DNA of 64,000 bases, taken from IMG/VR virus record IMGVR_UViG_3300021426_000063, positions 96,001 through 160,000 of that record. The stretch is one strand, 5' to 3'. Numbering within the stretch: position 1 is the first letter of the stretch; the number at the start of each line of letters is the position of its first letter. Source of the DNA: a virus (lineage: Duplodnaviria; Caudoviricetes). This document shows positions 8,882-17,758 of this stretch, one piece after another. The translations under genes were made by a program, and so were the position numbers. The notes beneath the pieces were generated by a model. The model did not search any database. It was not told where the DNA came from and saw only the letters and a program-made list of their open reading frames with translations.

Positions 8882-9514
8882 ATGATTAAGATAGGAATAG
8901 ATTACAGTCTCATATCCCCGGCGATATGTGTTTATAAAGATGGAGAGTATTCTTTCATCTCCTTCTTTGATGATTATGGTAAGAACTGGAAGGCTGGTAA
9001 GATAAAAGCATTCAACTATCATAAGGAACTCTCTGAATTTATGGAGATGAATCCTTATACAAGACATATTGAAAAGAAAGATTACAGGGAAGAGCAGAAG
9101 ACAAAGATGGCTGCTGCGAAGATGATCGCACATAAAATCTCCAACAGATTGGTTGAAATTGTTGGTGATGAAGAGGTCATCATTGGACTTGAAGGATTCT
9201 CTTATGGAAGTATCTCTTCATCTACACTGGACTTGGCACTGTTCAACTCATTCCTCAGAATTAAACTTCTGGAGGACTTTGGTGAGGATTGTCTTGTCAT
9301 CATCTCTCCAACTGAAGGTAAGAAAAACCTTTCTGGTAAGGGTAATGCCAAGAAGGAAGATATGATCCAGGCTTTCATTGAGAACAGAACCAATGACCCT
9401 GACATTGAAAGATGTCCTTTCTGGAAGTACTGTAAAGAAAATGAATTAGATTATAAAAACATAAAACCTATTGATGACCTTGTGGATTCATATGGTATAT
9501 TGAGAAGCATATGA
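8882..9514 (+). CDS. RuvC-like (RNase H fold) resolvase/nuclease
   Basis: IGIDYSL..PAICV, LEGFSYGS, GKGNAKKEDM, DDLVDSY. Confidence 0.75.
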   Translation: MIKIGIDYSLISPAICVYKDGEYSFISFFDDYGKNWKAGKIKAFNYHKELSEFMEMNPYTRHIEKKDYREEQKTKMAAAKMIAHKISNRLVEIVGDEEVIIGLEGFSYGSISSSTLDLALFNSFLRIKLLEDFGEDCLVIISPTEGKKNLSGKGNAKKEDMIQAFIENRTNDPDIERCPFWKYCKENELDYKNIKPIDDLVDSYGILRSI

Positions 9515-10005
9515 AAAAGTTAAGTAAAATAGATGAATCTGCCTGGGGTGATATGATGAGAAGAGGCTCAGGTGAAACTGTAAGGGAGGAAGATAAGTTC
9601 AATCCTGATTATGTTGACTTTGGTGAAAACACAACAGTCTATTGGGCAATTGATAATCTTGAGATTGATGGTGAGGTGAAATTTTATTTTAATGATGTAA
9701 AGGATTACAACAACAATGGTTGGAGACTTCCTACTGTTGATGAAGTGAATCAATTGAAATGGAATATAAGGATTTCTTGGTATGATGGTTGTAAACATCT
9801 GAGATTTAATGATGGAAATGAATTAAGACTCAATATCAATGGGAGTGGGGGATTCCATATGTGGACAAAAGAAATTAATCCTAAATTTCCAACAGGAGCA
9901 TTTTCATATGGATTTGATAATATGGATAATTTCAATATCAGTAGTTTCAACATATCCATCAACAAACTCTTTGTTTTCCTTGTAAAAGATAAAAAACTTA
10001 TTTAA
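9511..10005 (+). CDS. SAWGD-motif protein with DUF1566/CLec-like domain
   Basis: MKKLSKIDESAWGDMMRRGSGE; YVDFG..VYWA...GWRLPTVDE...MWT...VFLV. Confidence 0.75.
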   Translation: MKKLSKIDESAWGDMMRRGSGETVREEDKFNPDYVDFGENTTVYWAIDNLEIDGEVKFYFNDVKDYNNNGWRLPTVDEVNQLKWNIRISWYDGCKHLRFNDGNELRLNINGSGGFHMWTKEINPKFPTGAFSYGFDNMDNFNISSFNISINKLFVFLVKDKKLI

Positions 10006-10008
10006 GAA

Positions 10009-10584
10009 ATGAAAAAGTTAAGTAAAATAGATGAATCCGCCTGGGGTGATATGATGAAAAGAGGTTCTGGTGAGATTGTAAGGAAGGAAGATGATCTCAC
10101 AAACATAAAATCCCTGAAACCACTTGATATGGGAGGATCTGTTTTGTGGGCAGATGATGACCTTTCATTAAAAGATGAAGATGACTGTTATTTTACATTT
10201 GATGAAGCATTTGAACTTATTAAAAACAGTGATTGGAGACTCCCAACACTTGAAGAAGTTGCAGAACTTGATGATATTTATATAAAAGGTTCATTCTGGG
10301 AAAATGATGATAGATTTGTATTTGATGGATTTCCACATCAATTAGTATTCTTCAAGAAAGGTTTAATATATACATCTGCAAGTGATAAACCTATAGATGA
10401 AGATTATTATTATTGTTGGACATCATCTCTTTCTCCAAATAATAGTAAATATGCAAATATATTTACTTTTAATAATGGTATACCTTGTCACACACCATTA
10501 AATGATCAACATAATGTCAATAATAGTGTAACACAAGATACAACTAATGGTAAACTCTGTGTAAGATTAGTAAAAGATAAATGA
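10009..10584 (+). CDS. SAWGD-motif protein with DUF1566/CLec-like domain
   Basis: Same leader (MMKR variant); LDMGGSVLWA...WRLPTLEE...CWTSS...CVRLV. Confidence 0.75.
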   Translation: MKKLSKIDESAWGDMMKRGSGEIVRKEDDLTNIKSLKPLDMGGSVLWADDDLSLKDEDDCYFTFDEAFELIKNSDWRLPTLEEVAELDDIYIKGSFWENDDRFVFDGFPHQLVFFKKGLIYTSASDKPIDEDYYYCWTSSLSPNNSKYANIFTFNNGIPCHTPLNDQHNVNNSVTQDTTNGKLCVRLVKDK

Positions 10585-10585
10585 T

Positions 10586-11134
10586 ATGAAGAAGTTAAGT
10601 AAAATAGATGAATCCGCCTGGGGTGATATGATGAGGCGAGGTTCCGGTGAAGACATCAGAAAGGAAGATGATTTAACAAATCTTAAAGAAATTGTTCCAA
10701 TTGATATGGGTGTGTCTGTCCTTTGGGCAGATAGAGACCTGGAGTACAAAATTGATGATACCTGTTATTTAACATATGAAGATGCTGAAAGTATTTTCAA
10801 AAATACAGGATGGAGATTTCCAACAAAGGAAGAGACATTAGAACTTTTTAAGTATACCAGAATTATGAAAAACACAGATAATGTGTGTATTCTCGAAGGA
10901 GACTTTGATGGAGGACCACAACTTATATTTAATAAAAATGGTTATAAACTTGGAAATTCTGACCAATTATTTAAAGAATATTGTTATTGTTGTTGGACAT
11001 CTACAGAATACAAACCTTCTCCAGAAGCATATTATATGATGAACATCCAACAATATCAAAGTCATATTCCTATGCATAAAGAAAATAGAGTACCTGCCAG
11101 ACTGGTTAAAGACAAAGAAAAAAGAGAGGATTAA
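10586..11134 (+). CDS. SAWGD-motif protein with DUF1566/CLec-like domain
   Basis: Same leader; IDMGVSVLWA...WRFPTKEE...CWTST...ARLV. Confidence 0.75.
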   Translation: MKKLSKIDESAWGDMMRRGSGEDIRKEDDLTNLKEIVPIDMGVSVLWADRDLEYKIDDTCYLTYEDAESIFKNTGWRFPTKEETLELFKYTRIMKNTDNVCILEGDFDGGPQLIFNKNGYKLGNSDQLFKEYCYCCWTSTEYKPSPEAYYMMNIQQYQSHIPMHKENRVPARLVKDKEKRED

Positions 11135-11146
11135 ATCCTCTCTTTT
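11119..11146. terminator. Bidirectional terminator between convergent genes
   Basis: aaaagagaggat-taa-atcctctctttt. Confidence 0.7.
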
Positions 11147-11166
11147 GTTTAATGTGATGTCCAGGT

Positions 11167-12024
11167 TTATGCAAAGCGGACAGGAGTAAGAACCACATAG
11201 GTCTTGGTACCCTTTGCATCCACAGAGATGAACTTAATCTTGTTGCTGTGGAACTCAATGTCATAGTGTTCATCTGAATCAATCCAGACAAAGTATGACT
11301 TGTTGAAGCAGCGGAGGTAAGGTTCCTCACTCTGACTTTCAAGATTCTCATAAGTGAGTTTCTTGGTATAAAGCTTGTCAAAAGCATCAAACTCAAGAAT
11401 CTTACAATCATCAAGGAAACCATTAACAGTCTCACGGACATTCTCATCAGTACTCTCAATTTCAGAGACAAGTACCACATCACCACTGATGGAGAAGAAT
11501 ACTCTACAAGACTCCTTATTAAGAGCAAAGAGCTGTGAGAGATACTTGAACTCATTCTCTGAAATACCAACCTTATATTCAAGGGTAGAATTATCCTCAA
11601 AGATGGTATGACGGGCATGTTCAGGAATCTCCAGGAATGCAAGTGCCTCCTTGTCAGCAGCTGGAACAGTAAGGTTAACCTCTACATTGGCAACAACCAC
11701 CTTCTTTGCATAACCATTATCCTCAATGTAGAATGTTACATCCACACCCTCTGTACCAACAAGACCAAGTACAGAAATGAGTTTGCCTGCATTGGTGAAC
11801 TGAATCTTGACAAGTTCATCTTCAAGTTCATTCACAAAACTCTCACAATACTGATTAAGGTCAGCAGTGATGGACTTCAATGCAGATTTGTTCTTATTGT
11901 AGGCAGTTGATTCAAACTGACTACCTCTCACATTGATAAAAATGAAGTTATCCAGTGAACTAGATTTCTTAAACAGTGATATCACCTCACGAGTATCACA
12001 ATTCTTTAAAATGATTTTCTTCAT
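11167..12024 (-). CDS. Probable DNA polymerase sliding clamp (gp45/PCNA-like)
   Basis: 285 aa with two-domain alpha/beta pattern, near the polymerase, middle-type promoter at 12057-12067; no diagnostic motif. Confidence 0.5.
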   Translation of the reverse strand: MKKIILKNCDTREVISLFKKSSSLDNFIFINVRGSQFESTAYNKNKSALKSITADLNQYCESFVNELEDELVKIQFTNAGKLISVLGLVGTEGVDVTFYIEDNGYAKKVVVANVEVNLTVPAADKEALAFLEIPEHARHTIFEDNSTLEYKVGISENEFKYLSQLFALNKESCRVFFSISGDVVLVSEIESTDENVRETVNGFLDDCKILEFDAFDKLYTKKLTYENLESQSEEPYLRCFNKSYFVWIDSDEHYDIEFHSNKIKFISVDAKGTKTYVVLTPVRFA

Positions 12025-12074
12025 ACTATTTAACTATTAGAATTTTCTATACACTAAATATAACAAATAAATTC

Positions 12075-13274
12075 TTATTTTTTATTCCAATCTATATCTT
12101 TTAACCATTTATTTTTCCTTGCTATTTCATATAAATATGAATAATTATCTCTGAATTCTTTTATTGAATCATACTGTTTAACAATTTCTAAAACATTTTC
12201 TTTATTCCATTTCTTACCAGTTTTTGATTCTTCTAACCAAGGCATCTGATTAAAAAGATTATTTCTTCTTACATATGCATATCCACAAGGACATTTTAAT
12301 CTAAACTCATTTCTTGTTTTATATTGTTTAGATTCATTAATTACCATATCATCTGTCCACATAATATGTTTTGGTTTTAACCAGGTCATCTCATCTAACC
12401 AACCATTTTTCAATGAAATATCATATGCAGTTCCATTGCCAAGATAAAATTCTCTTCTACTATTATATTTTTTAGATTCATTAATAACCATATCCTTATT
12501 CCAATATTTAAGTTTTGGTTTTAACCAGGTCATCTCATCTAATAATTTATATTTCAGAGCACAAGTATATGCTGTTGATGAATTCTTTTTGAAATCATTT
12601 TTATTATCATATTTTTTAGATTCATTTATCACAGCATCTTTTGTCCATTTATTAGATTTACCTCCAATAGAACTAGAGAATTCACCAGTCTTTGCAACAT
12701 TTAACAAATGATATCCCATATTCTCATATGTTTTACTCCATTCATTTTCTTTTATCTTTGCATCATTAACTGATAAATTTTCTTCAAGATAAATTGGTTC
12801 TGGAACATTTTTACACATATTTGTAAAATATTTAAAAACACTTGTTTGACAAATATGATTTTTATATATACCTGTCTTATGTGTATTATGTCTTGTTATT
12901 TTATCTCTTGTTAATCCAACATATGCAACTTTATTATCATCATCAATATAAACATATATTGAATATGGATACTTCATATCTTTTTCTTTTAACCAGGTTA
13001 ATTCTTTCAACCAACCATTTTTTCTTGCTGATTCATATGCACAAAAAGAATGTTTTCTGAAATCACTTATATATTCATATTTTTTAGATTCATTAAAAAC
13101 ATTTTCCTTGTTCCATTTATGTAGTTTATATTTTAACCAAGTAAATTCTTTCAACCAACCATTATCCTTTGATATTTTATAAAGACCTCCATAGTCTTTT
13201 CTCAAATCATTAAAATACTCATATTTTTGAGCAATTTCAATTACCTTTTCTTTTGTCCATTTATTGTATTTCAT
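12075..13274 (-). CDS. GIY-YIG homing endonuclease-like protein with tandem ~47-aa repeats
   Basis: YSIYVY...AYVGLT...R..H core flanked by W(T/N)K..V..E.KKY....F.....AY..A.KNGWL repeats; more AT-rich than neighbours; late promoter 13295-13303. Confidence 0.8.
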   Translation of the reverse strand: MKYNKWTKEKVIEIAQKYEYFNDLRKDYGGLYKISKDNGWLKEFTWLKYKLHKWNKENVFNESKKYEYISDFRKHSFCAYESARKNGWLKELTWLKEKDMKYPYSIYVYIDDDNKVAYVGLTRDKITRHNTHKTGIYKNHICQTSVFKYFTNMCKNVPEPIYLEENLSVNDAKIKENEWSKTYENMGYHLLNVAKTGEFSSSIGGKSNKWTKDAVINESKKYDNKNDFKKNSSTAYTCALKYKLLDEMTWLKPKLKYWNKDMVINESKKYNSRREFYLGNGTAYDISLKNGWLDEMTWLKPKHIMWTDDMVINESKQYKTRNEFRLKCPCGYAYVRRNNLFNQMPWLEESKTGKKWNKENVLEIVKQYDSIKEFRDNYSYLYEIARKNKWLKDIDWNKK

Positions 13275-13337
13275 AAATTCAACTCATTATATAATATTTA
13301 TGAAAATTGTTTTGACAAAATAATCTTTATTGACTTT

Positions 13338-14102
13338 TTAAAATAGAGACAATTCTTCTGGTTTACCATCAAATCTCTCCATTTCATCCAATAACCAATC
13401 CATCACCTTTGCTGGTGTATCAGAATAAGGAATACACATTGTTACACCATCCATCTGGAATAGATTATATGAAATGATATTTGCAAATTCTTCCATCATC
13501 TGGGTTGGTATTGATTTCTTGAATCTGTCTTCAAACCAGTCAATCACATCATATAAGACATTCTCCCTGGCAAGAAGAAGTGAATCACCCTGCCACTCAT
13601 AACCATAGACTGCCTGTAATGCATAAATGGTACACACTCTCCAAGTCTCTAAATCAGTTGTGGTAGGAATACTGTTTATTCTTCTCATCTTCCTATCCAG
13701 AAGTCCCTGTCTTTCTGACAATGGAATCATCTTCCCGGTTGATACATCATACCTTGAAACAAGATAAGGTGCTTCTCCACAGGTGACTTCAAGAACCTTC
13801 CTCCTGATATATGTCTCATTAAGTGGTTCATCTGTATCAACAGAATCATTCATCTTCTTGATGATTTCAATAGGAGTATAAACCTCAGCCTTGGAATCAG
13901 TCCTGGATTTCTGGTCTTCCTGGGATTTCAGTACTCTTGGTTTAATCACATCACCTGAAAGAATCTGATTAATCTCAATATGAGACTTGGGATCAAAACC
14001 ATACTGGTCAGTTCCCCAAAGGATATTCTGACCAGTGGTTCTGTCTTTCAAGAGAATTTCCAAGATATTTCTTGGTATACTGAATTCTTTAATGTCTATC
14101 AT
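13338..14102 (-). CDS. DNA methyltransferase-related protein (SAM-binding part of an N6-MTase)
   Basis: AEVYTP, VLEVTCGEAPYL, VYGYEWQGDSLLLARE, NLFQMDG; no (D/N)PPY seen. Confidence 0.65.
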   Translation of the reverse strand: MIDIKEFSIPRNILEILLKDRTTGQNILWGTDQYGFDPKSHIEINQILSGDVIKPRVLKSQEDQKSRTDSKAEVYTPIEIIKKMNDSVDTDEPLNETYIRRKVLEVTCGEAPYLVSRYDVSTGKMIPLSERQGLLDRKMRRINSIPTTTDLETWRVCTIYALQAVYGYEWQGDSLLLARENVLYDVIDWFEDRFKKSIPTQMMEEFANIISYNLFQMDGVTMCIPYSDTPAKVMDWLLDEMERFDGKPEELSLF

Positions 14103-14122
14103 ACTTCAAATATAACAAATAA

Positions 14123-17053
14123 TTACCACAATCCAGCCTCTGTTGTCATAGAAATATCAATAGCAGGATAACCCATTGCCTCAACAATTCTATTGACAGG
14201 ACTCAATATGAGAAGGTCAAACATCTTGTTCTTGTCAATCTCCAAGTTAGATGCCATATCCATAGGGAACATACCAGCAGGATAACTGAATGCTTCACAC
14301 TTCTGAAGACTCATAATGTCTGTGTAGACATCAATATTACCCTTTCTTGTTTCTTTTGCATCACTGATAAGTTTATACATATCAGGATTCTTGATATATT
14401 CACTCACAGGAATCTGTGCTTCCTTCTTCCAGTACTTATACCTTTCAGTAGGTTTCACATAAAGTACACAGAGTTTATCTGCATCAAAGAGTACTGAATA
14501 TCTCTTCTTGAACTTCTCATTATTATTGAGGATGTAGTTATAGAGTGCAGCCCCCTGAACTGTAATCATCGCCTTTTGATTCATCTCAATGGTGTCAGTA
14601 TCACTCAACACATACTCACTGTACTTGTTCATACCCTTGTTGACACTGATGGTCTCTGGACTCTGCAACATAAACTGTTTCTTAATACCTGCAAGTTTCT
14701 TCACAAAACTGTCAAGTACAAATTCCTCCTGCTGGAAAATCCACTTCACCAGATCAATCAACTGGTTCTTCACCCATTGTGATGAACTTGTTTGCGCAAT
14801 CTCAACACCAGTGGCCTTGATTTTACTGCAAGGTTCATAGTACACATTAGGTTCTGCCCAGGTCATATTCTTGATGTACTTCTTCTTGGCCAACCAGATA
14901 CCTGCTTCATTGTATGCCTCCAACTCAAAGTCAAGGAGAGCAGGTGTACCATTCTTGGCAGCATAGTCCTCATGAATCTTCTTCAGATAATCAGACATAA
15001 ACACCCTGTTGATGGTAAGACAGAACTCTCTACCAGATGGTTCAATGGTGTCTATATGCCATTCATACTTTGAAGTATCAATAGAATCTACATCAAAATA
15101 CTTCCTTGCATCATCCTCTGTCGGATATCCACCAGTTGATACATACACAAACTCCTTCTGGTCATTCTGCTTGTTTATCTTTGTCAATCTCCATACATCA
15201 TGCTGGAACCAGTCAGTCACCTTGATGATGTCCTCATAAGAGGTGTAGATGGAATCAGTATCAATGTACCTGGTGATTGGCTTGATTTCCTTGTTGGGGT
15301 CAGTGATTTTAATACCCATAGCAAGGTGTGTCTTAGTATCCCTCTGCCAGATTTTTGCAGCCCACAGATTGATAAGTCTTTCTGCATTAAGGATGGCATT
15401 CTTACCCTGCTTGGTAACAGCCTCTGCAATGGTAGGATTATAGAAGTAGAATCCAGAGAATCCGAATGCACCATAGATACCATTAATAACCACCTTTGTA
15501 CCAAGCTGGAAGTTGTTGTAGATGTCTGCCTGTACCTGGCAGTAAGACATAATCTCATCCACCTCACTTGCCTTTCTGCCGGCAAAGTCATTCTTATTCA
15601 GATAATCCTCAATCTCCTCTGGTGCAGCATTATCATGCTTGAGGTCTTTCAGGTCATAGTAAATCTGTGTGAACTTAAATGAGGTTTTCTTATATGCCTT
15701 TCTCTTGAAGTAAAGGTCTGTGATAATCTTCTTCAAGTGACCATCCTCCTTCTGGAAGACTGCACCAGATGCACAAACTATGTAACCCTTTTCTCTCCAC
15801 TCCTGTTTGAGTGCCTCATCATTTTCAGGAAGAAGTGTAACCAGTGTTTCAGGACCAATATTGAACTGTCTCATCAATGTAGGATACAGTGATGCATAGT
15901 CATTACAAGTACAATACTTATGAAGTCCTGGGATAGGTTGCTTTACGAATGCACCCTCATACTTCTCACCCTCTTTCTTCTTTGCAAATGGGTCAATACC
16001 CAATACCTTACCATCACCCTTGAAGGAAGACCTCAACAGGTTCTCTGGAATATAAGTTGTAGAGAAGCAATCCATTGCCTTAATCCTACCCAACCAGGCA
16101 GTAGTCAGTCCACAGGTCAGTGCATTACAGGCCTCATGGATAAGTTTTACCAAGCAACAGTCAATGGCATTATAATAGACATACTTCTCAAAGTTATTGT
16201 GAAGCATATCATCAAGGGATTCAGAATGCTGAACCTTCTTAATCTTACACAACTTCTCACCAATGGTATCCAGTCTGTAATTCTCATTGGAGTTCCAGGT
16301 CCACTTCTTGTATGCTTTGAGATAGTCAATGATACCAACATGGGCCGGTCTATCAATCTGACCAGTGAGAATCCTGGAAGGTGATGCCAATGAAGGGTCA
16401 ATACCCAACATCTTTGCCCTGTTATAGAGATACCTCCAGTCATAATCCTCAAAGTTCCAACCTGTCATCATTGCCATCTTTGGAATGAAGGTGGAGAAGA
16501 AGAAATACAACAAGTCATATTCAGAAGGGAAATATCTGAACACAAACTTGAAGTGTCTGTTCACCTGCTTGAAGTGTTCATCAATCCTTTCCTGGATACT
16601 GTTCTTCTGTTTCTCTGTGAGGTCATAACCACCAGACATCACCATCACAGTGTCATTAGGACAACATACACCTATGACTGTGACAGGCTTATCAGGTTTT
16701 TCTGGGTTTGGTTTACCCTCCTGAGTCTCATTTTCAATATCAATAAAGAATAAATCTGGAAGATTATAAGAAAAAATCTGTTCTTTCAACACATCAGGTA
16801 ATGCATCAAGGAGTTCATACTGCCTGTACCTGTTCAGTTTCTCCCTTTGTGGGTCAACCCTGTGTTTGTAAACTGGTCTTCCATTCCAGTTGTGTGCATT
16901 CTTGACCTTCAGATCGGTCTTGTCTTTTGGATTAGTAACCCAGATATACTGTTCATCATCTGGGATTTTGATGACCTCGATGTGGGTCTTTCCATCAGGT
17001 CCCCAATAGGATACCTGTAGATTGTTTTTGTCTTGAATAATATCTAATAACAT
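14123..17053 (-). CDS. DNA polymerase family B (T4 gp43-like)
   Basis: Exo motifs DIENE, GWNFEDYD, YNAID; pol motifs DYASLYP, KVVINGIYG, YIDTDS, KKKY. Confidence 0.95.
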   Translation of the reverse strand: MLLDIIQDKNNLQVSYWGPDGKTHIEVIKIPDDEQYIWVTNPKDKTDLKVKNAHNWNGRPVYKHRVDPQREKLNRYRQYELLDALPDVLKEQIFSYNLPDLFFIDIENETQEGKPNPEKPDKPVTVIGVCCPNDTVMVMSGGYDLTEKQKNSIQERIDEHFKQVNRHFKFVFRYFPSEYDLLYFFFSTFIPKMAMMTGWNFEDYDWRYLYNRAKMLGIDPSLASPSRILTGQIDRPAHVGIIDYLKAYKKWTWNSNENYRLDTIGEKLCKIKKVQHSESLDDMLHNNFEKYVYYNAIDCCLVKLIHEACNALTCGLTTAWLGRIKAMDCFSTTYIPENLLRSSFKGDGKVLGIDPFAKKKEGEKYEGAFVKQPIPGLHKYCTCNDYASLYPTLMRQFNIGPETLVTLLPENDEALKQEWREKGYIVCASGAVFQKEDGHLKKIITDLYFKRKAYKKTSFKFTQIYYDLKDLKHDNAAPEEIEDYLNKNDFAGRKASEVDEIMSYCQVQADIYNNFQLGTKVVINGIYGAFGFSGFYFYNPTIAEAVTKQGKNAILNAERLINLWAAKIWQRDTKTHLAMGIKITDPNKEIKPITRYIDTDSIYTSYEDIIKVTDWFQHDVWRLTKINKQNDQKEFVYVSTGGYPTEDDARKYFDVDSIDTSKYEWHIDTIEPSGREFCLTINRVFMSDYLKKIHEDYAAKNGTPALLDFELEAYNEAGIWLAKKKYIKNMTWAEPNVYYEPCSKIKATGVEIAQTSSSQWVKNQLIDLVKWIFQQEEFVLDSFVKKLAGIKKQFMLQSPETISVNKGMNKYSEYVLSDTDTIEMNQKAMITVQGAALYNYILNNNEKFKKRYSVLFDADKLCVLYVKPTERYKYWKKEAQIPVSEYIKNPDMYKLISDAKETRKGNIDVYTDIMSLQKCEAFSYPAGMFPMDMASNLEIDKNKMFDLLILSPVNRIVEAMGYPAIDISMTTEAGLW

Positions 17054-17105
17054 AACTAAAAAATTTAATATATCCAGTTTAGAAGCTGGACTTCATTCAA
17101 TAAAA

Positions 17106-17143
17106 AATATAACAAAAAGAGTTTATAAATATTTTGTTATTTT
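17106..17143. promoter_or_regulatory. Divergent middle-type promoters (TTTGTTATATT on -, TTTGTTATTTT on +)
   Basis: aatataacaaa 17106-17116; tttgttatttt 17133-17143, between the divergent pol and 17172 genes. Confidence 0.6.
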
Positions 17144-17171
17144 TAGTATATAAAATGAAGTCTAATTAAAG

Positions 17172-17756
17172 ATGTTAGGAAAGAATGATGTTGTAGATTT
17201 TGACAATTCTCCAATTGACGATGATGAAGACATAGCAGTTGATAAAAGAGACTTCCTTGATGATAATGGTGTCAATATATTCTCCAAGAAATCTGGTGAA
17301 AAGACTGTTGAAGAGAGAATCAAGACTTCCAGGTCTTTGAAAATCAAAAACAACAAATGGAACCAGGTTGATTACACAGAAGATTTTTCAAATGAGAAAA
17401 TCACCATTGACCCACACAGTTACCAGTACAAATCTTCTTATGAGGATGTTGAGTTTGAAAAGACCTTCCAGAAGATTATTGAGAACTCAAAGTATAAGGA
17501 ACTTCTTCTTGGTGAGGATAGAGTATCAATAACTTACCAGACTGTGAATGACATTATCATTTATTGTTATCCAAAGATGAAGCAGGATTATACAATGGCA
17601 CAACTCTTTGTCCTTGTATGTGAGTACTGCGGAGTTGGTCTTCAAGCGATGTGGAAGAGATTAAGTACATATCTTCAAATTCAAATACTGGAAGATTTGA
17701 AAGAAGTAAGTAAGTTACCTAATGAAATACTTAATAACAATGTAAAATTATTTTAA
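17172..17756 (+). CDS. Hypothetical protein
   Basis: 194-aa ORF with typical codon usage; start uncertain. Confidence 0.6.
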   Translation: MLGKNDVVDFDNSPIDDDEDIAVDKRDFLDDNGVNIFSKKSGEKTVEERIKTSRSLKIKNNKWNQVDYTEDFSNEKITIDPHSYQYKSSYEDVEFEKTFQKIIENSKYKELLLGEDRVSITYQTVNDIIIYCYPKMKQDYTMAQLFVLVCEYCGVGLQAMWKRLSTYLQIQILEDLKEVSKLPNEILNNNVKLF

Positions 17757-17758
17757 TT

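Noticed and set aside
8379-11134. Active diversity-generating retroelement in this window
   Set aside because: No reverse transcriptase and no template/variable repeat pair seen.
14123-17053. Intein or intron in the DNA polymerase
   Set aside because: An insertion follows YIDTDS, but no C/S...HN intein termini or LAGLIDADG motifs were seen and the ORF is continuous.
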